A stretch of DNA of 64,000 nt from a virus (lineage: Duplodnaviria > Caudoviricetes), in the IMG/VR virus record IMGVR_UViG_3300033120_000231, positions 16,781 to 80,780 of that record; one strand, 5' to 3'. Position numbers and translations under genes: made by a program. The notes under the pieces were generated by a model. It worked only from the letters and a program-made list of their open reading frames with translations. It searched no databases and was not told the origin of the DNA. Positions 1 to 7,164 of the stretch are shown here, piece after piece. How positions within the stretch are numbered: the stretch's first letter is position 1; each line of letters opens with the position of its first letter.

Positions 1-103
1 CTTCATCGGCGAACCGTTTTAAAGTTAGCAATAATACGTTCTCATATTTTTCGCAATCAAATACTGCGTGAAAACCGTTTACAAACTTGTACTTATAGCG
101 CAT
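1..103 (-). CDS. hypothetical protein, 5' part only (runs off window)
   Basis: ATG at 103, open to position 1 (MRYKYKFVNGFHAVFD...), directly downstream of the HNH gene. Confidence 0.5.
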   Translation of the reverse strand, partial: MRYKYKFVNGFHAVFDCEKYENVLLLTLKRFADE

Positions 104-104
104 T

Positions 105-710
105 TTAACTCCTTCTCTTCGTTGTTTCACCTTTGGAGATATGCAATTGAGTGAAGTCACTCTTCCCTTGCTTATTTAACTCCAACATCATACCTTTCCT
201 CCACTCACAGGCTGCTTTAAAAGCTGCATCTTCACCTAAGTCCAGTACTGAGAAATACTTATAAAGGTCCTTGACAACTGCTTTAACTAGTTTAGTTACC
301 CTACCATCAGCGTTAGTCCAACTAATCCACCTAACACCCGCAACACCAGAGTTATTTGAAAAGTGTCTAGCCCTATTCTGGGAGTTTCCTTCGCTAGTCA
401 CGAGTCTGAGATTTGAGAGGCAGTTGTTTAAGGAATTTCCGTCAATATGATCTACAATCATTCCTTCTGGTATTTTCCCTACTTCAATTTCCCATATAAC
501 CCGTGATGCAGTGTAGTTCTTATTATAAATGGCTACCATGATCCTCCTATAATTTCCTCCAGAACGAATATAACCGCAAGGTTCTCCTTCTTTTGCTGGA
601 CAAAGATTTCCTATTCTTCTTGTCGTGCTCCACACTAAGCCACTCCAACTTTTTTCGTCATACCTGACGTACTTAGAGAGTTCAGTGGCATCAATTTCAA
701 GTGGTTTCAA
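105..710 (-). CDS. HNH homing endonuclease with C-terminal AP2-like DNA-binding region
   Basis: SRVIW...VDHIDGNSLNNCLSNLRLV motif; paralog of 38294..38908. Confidence 0.9.
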   Translation of the reverse strand: MKPLEIDATELSKYVRYDEKSWSGLVWSTTRRIGNLCPAKEGEPCGYIRSGGNYRRIMVAIYNKNYTASRVIWEIEVGKIPEGMIVDHIDGNSLNNCLSNLRLVTSEGNSQNRARHFSNNSGVAGVRWISWTNADGRVTKLVKAVVKDLYKYFSVLDLGEDAAFKAACEWRKGMMLELNKQGKSDFTQLHISKGETTKRRS

Positions 711-770
711 ATTTAAACACCCCCTTAATCTTATTTATTAAATTATCACATAAACTCTAAGACCCTTAGA

Positions 771-847
771 TGGTCTGCCCGGAGAGATTCAAACTCCCGA
801 CCAATCGTGTAGAAAACGACTACTCTGATTCACTGAGTTACGGGCAG
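771..847 (-). tRNA. trnR: tRNA-Arg (anticodon UCU), CCA encoded
   Basis: Acceptor CTGCCCG/CGGGCAG+ACCA, D stem ACTC/GAGT, anticodon arm GTCGT-TTTCTAC-ACGAT, T arm GGGAG-TTTGAAT-CTCTC. Confidence 0.92.
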
Positions 848-851
848 GCAA

Positions 852-944
852 TCTAAAGGCCCTAGAGGGTGTTGTAAGCCACTGAAACGATCTAGGCTAA
901 GGTAGAGTACCTTAGCCTAGAAAGTCTAACTGAGGGCGTTTAAA
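852..944. repeat. dyad intergenic element E1 with perfect 14-bp internal hairpin (891-921)
   Basis: Inverted half-sites TCTAAAGGCCCTAG / TGAGGGCGTTTAAA; TCTAGGCTAAGGTA-GAG-TACCTTAGCCTAGA. Confidence 0.6.
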
Positions 945-949
945 TCAGA

Positions 950-1615
950 TCAGAAGGGATCAGAACTTTCGTCATCTGAATCATCAACCGGAGGCTTCTT
1001 ACCTTTCGCTGCAACAGGAGTCTTAGCCTTTGCTGGAACGACTACAGTACCACCGTTACCATCATCTGCTTCATCTTCAAATTCGGAACCACTTTTGTAA
1101 TCACTAGTCTTTGCTTCGTATTCCACAAGTTCAGTAACCAGAACATTCTTCAGGTACAAAGAAGAACCACCAGCGGTACGATCAAAACGATCAACACTGA
1201 TTGCACCCTTGGAACCATTGCCGACCAATGTAGTAGCCGTAACATCCTTGAGTACCTTACCTTCTTTCAAGTAGATTTTCGGCTTGTACTGGTCAGGAAC
1301 TGGTTTACCAGTCTTACCAAGTTCAGTGCTCTTGCGAAGTGTCAGTACCCAAACATTCTTGTGTGCACCTTCCGGTACAGCAGTCTTATACTTTTCTTCA
1401 AACTCCGCAACTTTAACTTTCTTCAGAGAAATCTGAGTATCTAGTTCACGAGCGTAATCTTCAAGAGCGTCAACATAGTCTTCATCGGTGAGAACCACTC
1501 CTGCTTTCCATTCGTCTGCCTTTGCTGGTGCTCCTGGTTTAACATAGGCTTTCACAGGTTCTTGCATTTGCACGTACACCAGAGTACCGTAGATTTTTTC
1601 AAAGTTGTATGACAT
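950..1615 (-). CDS. ssb: single-stranded DNA-binding protein (T7 gp2.5-like)
   Basis: ~220 aa, acidic C-tail ending DDSDDESSDPF, located in the replication module. Confidence 0.75.
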   Translation of the reverse strand: MSYNFEKIYGTLVYVQMQEPVKAYVKPGAPAKADEWKAGVVLTDEDYVDALEDYARELDTQISLKKVKVAEFEEKYKTAVPEGAHKNVWVLTLRKSTELGKTGKPVPDQYKPKIYLKEGKVLKDVTATTLVGNGSKGAISVDRFDRTAGGSSLYLKNVLVTELVEYEAKTSDYKSGSEFEDEADDGNGGTVVVPAKAKTPVAAKGKKPPVDDSDDESSDPF

Positions 1616-1729
1616 AATTTCCTTTCAATAAGGGTTGTTTTAATAATGCTACTTTCATAGCGACTTTCTAACCGACTTGGCTTTTACAGATGCACTAACT
1701 GCTTTTCCTAACTAATTAACTAGGAAATC

Positions 1730-2581
1730 TTAAATAAACTGAGACCAGTCTAAGGGTTTACTAGGCTCATAATCATTAACCACTTTCACAATCTCTTCAG
1801 TAAAAGCATGTGGAATCTTCTTCACAATCTCATCAAGATTACTCCATGCTCGAGATTGCATTTTCTCTGTAATCAATACATCATCAAGTTTTTGCATTGC
1901 ATACGAAAGATCAAACGGCAACGAAGTATCAAAAATATCTTCTGGTGCTGTGCCATACATACCACCAAGTTCTTCCAGCAAGACTTCCCAACTATCAATA
2001 TTCTTTGCATTCACAGCAAGCATAACTTTCATGAACTGTGCTTTACTGATATTGTAACCCTTTTCTTTATACTTAGCAATACGCAAAGCAGAAATCAAAG
2101 GATAGCTAGTCTTCTCATTAAACTGAATGAATCGCTGTGCATTATGCTTGAAGAAATCTTCATGAAGTTTCCATGTTTCATCTTTCATTTCCAAAGCACC
2201 CATACAAACCGTAAAGTCAAAGTCTTGGAAGATTTCTTCTGCTGATTGGTAGAATTTATGAACAACAAATTGAACTTTGTTTCCTTCGGACAAAAGCATG
2301 ACAGCTTTGTTTGTCACGATTGTAATCATACCATCAACGTAGCCTAGACCGTATTCTTTATCGTATTTATAGTTTGAACCCCACCGCAAGTCAATCAACT
2401 CTTGCATTACTTTCGTGAATGCTTCTTTGCTCGGAAAGTACACATCTACATCGTTGACTTCTTTGTTGGTGAACATGCTTGTGACAGCACCCCCGGCAAT
2501 GATACATCCTTGATCTTGAAGAAGACCCCAAAGTTCTTCATTCATAAAACCTTTAAGTTTTGTTAGTTCTTTCTCGTACAT
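1730..2581 (-). CDS. nucleotidyltransferase (Pol-beta / polyA-polymerase-like fold)
   Basis: IIAGGAVTS...NDVDVYF catalytic signature, plus DFDFTVC motif. Confidence 0.75.
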   Translation of the reverse strand: MYEKELTKLKGFMNEELWGLLQDQGCIIAGGAVTSMFTNKEVNDVDVYFPSKEAFTKVMQELIDLRWGSNYKYDKEYGLGYVDGMITIVTNKAVMLLSEGNKVQFVVHKFYQSAEEIFQDFDFTVCMGALEMKDETWKLHEDFFKHNAQRFIQFNEKTSYPLISALRIAKYKEKGYNISKAQFMKVMLAVNAKNIDSWEVLLEELGGMYGTAPEDIFDTSLPFDLSYAMQKLDDVLITEKMQSRAWSNLDEIVKKIPHAFTEEIVKVVNDYEPSKPLDWSQFI

Positions 2582-2604
2582 GAAACTCCTTTCATTTGTT
2601 TAGC

Positions 2605-2973
2605 TCAAATCTTCTCTTCATCTACAAATTCAACCACAGGATCAATCTTCAGATCAACCTTATCGAAATCAAACTTGTGTTCGTAATTCTCACGCCTTGC
2701 ATCTGCATCAAATTCTTGATCAAACATCTCAGGTTGCATCACCAATCCACCAACAGAGCCTGAAAGTTTATAACGAGTTACTTGCTTCTTTGGTTGTTGG
2801 GTGAGAATCTTCAGGTCATTGCTGTAATTACCTTCACGTACAACACGAATTGTTTCTTCACCAATCGTAAAGATTACAGCTTCAACCTTGTTGTCCACAA
2901 CTTGAAATGATACTTTGTCTTTGAAGGCCTCTGGAAGATCAGAAGTATTCTTTACTGAAATAAATCGTTGCAT
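2605..2973 (-). CDS. hypothetical protein
   Basis: ORF on the coding strand with RBS. Confidence 0.7.
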   Translation of the reverse strand: MQRFISVKNTSDLPEAFKDKVSFQVVDNKVEAVIFTIGEETIRVVREGNYSNDLKILTQQPKKQVTRYKLSGSVGGLVMQPEMFDQEFDADARRENYEHKFDFDKVDLKIDPVVEFVDEEKI

Positions 2974-2988
2974 ATTTTCCTTTCTTGG

Positions 2989-3240
2989 TTAGTCAAGCCG
3001 AATGGTTGAACCCTTAAAGAACATACCTGTACAAACCACACCAGATACAGTCTTACCTGATGGCCCCTTCGCAGTGAACTTATCGTGATACGTATCATCT
3101 TTTGAGCAGTTAAACCAGTCATACCCTTGTATCTGTATGTCTGTGTAGCCCTGAGATTCAAGGACTTGTAGAGCATGATCAGGTTGTGTACAGCCAGTAG
3201 AGAGTAGCGCAATAGCTGCAATAACTAACATTTGTTTCAT
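2989..3240 (-). CDS. putative lipoprotein
   Basis: Signal peptide with lipobox LSTGC; GGAG RBS. Confidence 0.7.
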   Translation of the reverse strand: MKQMLVIAAIALLSTGCTQPDHALQVLESQGYTDIQIQGYDWFNCSKDDTYHDKFTAKGPSGKTVSGVVCTGMFFKGSTIRLD

Positions 3241-3320
3241 ATTGATTCTCCTTTTGTGCTTGCTAAAGCTGAATTATAGCACAGATTTTGCAAGTTTACT
3301 CATATGTTTAATCTTTTTGT

Positions 3321-3680
3321 TTATGTGTTGTTTGGTTGCAACAACCCTGGCGTAAACCCATCAATAATAAAAATCCTCTCTGGCATAGAAAGAGTTGAAG
3401 TCTTGTTGTCAACTTTGGCTTTTTCTTCTTCGGTCATTTCAACATGAGTACACAATTTCTTGTCCCACTTTACGTGCTTCCAAGGAACTGTTAATCCAGA
3501 CGCAAATGTATGCATACCATTACCCCAATGCCCATAAGATGATTCAAGTTTGACTGCCTTAATCTTATTCTCAAGTACTTCTTTCACTTGGTACACAGCA
3601 AGATTTGCTGATCGTCCAACTGTAAGAGCATAGCAGATGTAATGTCCAACTTGGACTTCTCTTCCTAGTAAGTCTTTCAT
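3321..3680 (-). CDS. hypothetical protein
   Basis: Start MKDLLG chosen from the AAGGA RBS. Confidence 0.65.
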   Translation of the reverse strand: MKDLLGREVQVGHYICYALTVGRSANLAVYQVKEVLENKIKAVKLESSYGHWGNGMHTFASGLTVPWKHVKWDKKLCTHVEMTEEEKAKVDNKTSTLSMPERIFIIDGFTPGLLQPNNT

Positions 3681-3782
3681 ATCACAATCCTTGAGCACTA
3701 CGATTAGGACAGGCTTCACATGGTTGATGAAGTTGTGTAAGAGCACACTCTGTGCAAGTCAAAGTCCAGATTTTAATTGTTC

Positions 3783-4034
3783 TCATACCTTCTCCATGTA
3801 CTTCAAAGTTTGCCAGAACATTGGTGCAGCCATATCCATAAAGGTGTCTTTTGCAAGTTCATTCTTGCGAAGTTCTTCTTCTAGATAGAACCATTGCACT
3901 TGTGCGTGGAAAGTGTCACCACCAATCTCTTTTCCAAGTGCTTCAAAGAAAGATGCTTGCTCATCGCTACACATTCCCCAGAAGATACTTGCCATCATCT
4001 CTGGTGTGATTTTAATTTCTACAGGAATTTCCAT
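3783..4034 (-). CDS. hypothetical protein
   Basis: ORF in operon context. Confidence 0.65.
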   Translation of the reverse strand: MEIPVEIKITPEMMASIFWGMCSDEQASFFEALGKEIGGDTFHAQVQWFYLEEELRKNELAKDTFMDMAAPMFWQTLKYMEKV

Positions 4035-4036
4035 AA

Positions 4037-4207
4037 TTACTCGCTTTCCAAATTAAGTTTATCAATTGAATTCTCCCAGCAAACCAAGGCTAACTCCATC
4101 AGGTCACATCTCTGGATGAAGAAGCGTTGGATGATTTCTCCTGATTCGGTTAGCTTGAGTATACAGGAGAATTTGGGGTCGTAGAGGTAGTGGTGAGGTG
4201 TTTGCAT
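4037..4207 (-). CDS. hypothetical protein (56 aa, not in ORF track)
   Basis: MQTPHHYLYDPKF...; fills the gap between pol and the next gene; AAGGA RBS. Confidence 0.55.
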   Translation of the reverse strand: MQTPHHYLYDPKFSCILKLTESGEIIQRFFIQRCDLMELALVCWENSIDKLNLESE

Positions 4208-4222
4208 AAGTTTAGTTCCTTG

Positions 4223-6328
4223 TCAGTGTACTGCCTTCCAATCCTTACCCACCTTACCCTCACCTACAAGTGGTACTTTGAGTTTTAGGTATTCCCCGGC
4301 CTTTGCGATAGCCTGTTCAATCATTCGTGCAACTTCTTCTGAAACCTCTTCTTCACACTCGTATTCCAACTCATCGTGCGTGTATCCGATTCTACGAACA
4401 ACACAACCCCTATAGAGATAGTACGGTCTACGAAGTTCGTCCCAGTACATCTCACCAAGCCACCTATCCATGAAACATCCAGCATAATCCATTGTGATAC
4501 CCCCGCAACTCTGAAAGATAGTATTAAGTAATGCTGACTTCTTTCGTGTCAGTAGAATTCTACCATCGATTGCTGGGAGGTACTTGCTCTGCCCTGTTGT
4601 TGTCCAGTAATTCTCTAGGTTTTCTTTGAGTGCTTTAGTGCCAGGGTTGGCCTCCCAAAACGCATCAAGAGCCTTCTTGCCAAATTTCTCTGCAATCCCA
4701 AGTGTACTGGCAACCTTCGGTGCTGCAGCACCATACATAATCGCATAGTAGCCGTTCTTAGACTTGCTTCGGTATGGCTTCCATTTCGGATTTTCTTTAT
4801 CAAAATCCGGTGAATTGTAGATACTTGCAACTTCTGGGTAAATCTCACCATAGAAAGCATAGCTATTCTTAGAGTGCACATCCCCCTTCAACAATTCTTC
4901 TGCAGTCTCACCACCATCATATTTATAGCAATAATGTCCCTGCACCCTCCCCTCTAACGCAGCGGCATCCCCAGCGGCAATTAAGAAACCATCTTCACTT
5001 GTCCATAGTTCCCGAAACTCATACCCTAGTAAAACCTTCGGATCAGCTTTTGGGACGTTCACTACAACTTTATGTTTTTGCCTATGTGTCGAAGCAATCC
5101 CAGTTCTACCCGCACCAATGCGCCCATCATATTTCAATCGTGGGTTTGAAAGCCACCCCTCAAGAACAGAAAGACGATTGCGTAAAGAAAGCCACTTCAC
5201 AACATTCTTAACAAGTTCTCCCTCTATCTTTTCTAGGTTACTGCACAGTCTGCCAGCCTCCTGAATCTTTGGTGATGTAGGAATCAACTGCCTTGTTGTC
5301 GGATCACGCATCGGTTTATTATCAGGCCCGCGTTTATAATTCCACAGCGTAGGCTTCCATCCATTTTCCAAAAACCAGTCCTTCATCTGATCTTGATTTG
5401 CCATCTCCATTGGCATAGTCACATCAAGAATTTTGTTTGCTTCAATTGGAACCAACTTACCGTAAAACTCCCACTGTTCACCAACCTGCTTTCCATTGTG
5501 CTTTTCTACAAACTTAGACCACTGAGCTGAATACTCCCCATTCGCTTTAAATGGTTTAGCAGGCATCTTGTAATCTTTTTCTTCCGTCTTTTTCAGACTT
5601 CGTGGAGGAAGTTGAGGTTCAACAATAGCACGGATTTCCTCTTGCATTTCTGTGATGCGCACCGCTAGCTTTTGAGCTTTCTCAATATCAAATTTCCACC
5701 CAGATAGCTCCTGGCAACTCATCAAGTAGAAGGACTTTTGTCCAGATTTAAATGCGGGTGTCCACCCATCAAAAGAGCCATAGAGTTCAATCCACTCATT
5801 AATCAAATACTTGTAAGTCTTATCACTGATCTCAGTATCGATTTCGCAGTATTTGTCCATCAACTTAGAGTGCTGCTGGAACTCTGCACCATCTTCAGAG
5901 TCCTTTGGGATGATACCTTCATCAATTGAGGCTTGCCGGAAATCAAGTTTTGGGTAGCCCAAGACATCACCAAAATAGGCAATTGAGTGCTTCTCACGAT
6001 CTGGATTCAAGAACATTGAAAGGTAGAAAGTGTCAACAAAGTTAACCTTCCTGCCCTCTAGTGTATCAGGCCCAACCGTAAAATCTAATTCTCCGACAAA
6101 CATCATAACAAAAATGTCAAAGCCAAGCCCATTATGGAAAGAGATATTTGGAGTATCATACTGATCAAGCCAGAATAGAAATTTCTCTTTGGCTCTCTTG
6201 TCCTTAAAGAAGTTCAGCCTAAGTTTCTCCCCCGTATCCATATCCTTCAGGCACATGACCCAAATTACTTTTGACTCAAAAACAAATCCGTTTGATTCAA
6301 TATCAAGCGAGAAACCGTTGTACTTCAT
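4223..6328 (-). CDS. polA: DNA polymerase, family A (T7-like) with 3'-5' exonuclease
   Basis: Exo I DIE, motif A GDAAALEGR, motif B RSKSKNGYYAIMYG, motif C HDE; start 6328 from the AGGAG RBS. Confidence 0.95.
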   Translation of the reverse strand: MKYNGFSLDIESNGFVFESKVIWVMCLKDMDTGEKLRLNFFKDKRAKEKFLFWLDQYDTPNISFHNGLGFDIFVMMFVGELDFTVGPDTLEGRKVNFVDTFYLSMFLNPDREKHSIAYFGDVLGYPKLDFRQASIDEGIIPKDSEDGAEFQQHSKLMDKYCEIDTEISDKTYKYLINEWIELYGSFDGWTPAFKSGQKSFYLMSCQELSGWKFDIEKAQKLAVRITEMQEEIRAIVEPQLPPRSLKKTEEKDYKMPAKPFKANGEYSAQWSKFVEKHNGKQVGEQWEFYGKLVPIEANKILDVTMPMEMANQDQMKDWFLENGWKPTLWNYKRGPDNKPMRDPTTRQLIPTSPKIQEAGRLCSNLEKIEGELVKNVVKWLSLRNRLSVLEGWLSNPRLKYDGRIGAGRTGIASTHRQKHKVVVNVPKADPKVLLGYEFRELWTSEDGFLIAAGDAAALEGRVQGHYCYKYDGGETAEELLKGDVHSKNSYAFYGEIYPEVASIYNSPDFDKENPKWKPYRSKSKNGYYAIMYGAAAPKVASTLGIAEKFGKKALDAFWEANPGTKALKENLENYWTTTGQSKYLPAIDGRILLTRKKSALLNTIFQSCGGITMDYAGCFMDRWLGEMYWDELRRPYYLYRGCVVRRIGYTHDELEYECEEEVSEEVARMIEQAIAKAGEYLKLKVPLVGEGKVGKDWKAVH

Positions 6329-6335
6329 TTTACTC

Positions 6336-7098
6336 CTAATACTCTTTGTTAAAACTCTTCCAAACAAAACCCCGATAAGATTTCTTCCACCCATTGCACA
6401 CACTGTATATTGCAATCTTGTGAAAGTCGGGGTACTTATCTATGATCTGAAGCATTGAATTGTACTCTCCGACTAATTCACCAGTCACCTTATCATACTG
6501 CTCAAAACGAAGAGTACTTGTCGCCTCTGCAACTTTTCTAGCCATTGTTGCCTTCTTTTCTTCGTTTTTCCATGTTTCTTTGCCCCAGTCGGAAAGTTTT
6601 TGTTTCCACTGGGGTGTCTTCATGAAATCGTAAAGTCCATCCTCAAATTGCTGCTTTTTGATGGTAGACATCGAACTCTTCATTTCATCCGTCCAATGAT
6701 TTCCAAAATTTGGGTTACCCTCCCCATGTTCATCTCAGAAAATAATGCTCTTGTCTCTTCATGGACGATGACTTTTTGTGAACTATCCTTCATAAGATTG
6801 TAGCCAAAATCCGATCAGTTGTGTTATAAAATTCCATCCAATAAATTTCAGTATCTGCAAGCACATCTTCATCAATCACATCGAATTCTTGTAAAATTTC
6901 AAAGATAAAATTATTAATTCCATACAATACAACAGCATTGGCAAGGTGTCTATTAACCCTTCTTTTGTATTTCCCGGGGTCTTTTTCGTAGTGCTTAAAT
7001 GAGTTCTTGTGTGCCCAAAATCTTTTAGCTATATTTTTTGACTTCCCGATATAGCGTTTTCCGTTTATAATGTTTCTAATGCAATAAATTCCAACCAT
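6336..7098 (-). pseudogene. GIY-YIG homing endonuclease (NUMOD3 + NUMOD1-like tail) broken by two -1 frameshifts
   Basis: GIYCIRN...RYIGKS; frame changes at TTTT (6806-6809) and GGGG (6722-6725); adding 2 nt gives a 254-aa ORF. Confidence 0.8.
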
Positions 7099-7123
7099 AT
7101 TACTCCTAAAGTGTTAATCTTTA

Positions 7124-7152
7124 ATTGTAACATGGTTGTATCCTTTTGTCAA
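7124..7152 (-). promoter_or_regulatory. sigma70 promoter for the GIY-YIG/pol unit
   Basis: TTGACA-17-TACAAT. Confidence 0.8.
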
Positions 7153-7164
7153 GTATAATAGGTA

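Noticed and set aside
6329-6415. Extended N-terminus of pol given in the ORF track
   Set aside because: The strong RBS precedes ATG 6328, and the extension overlaps the endonuclease C-terminus.
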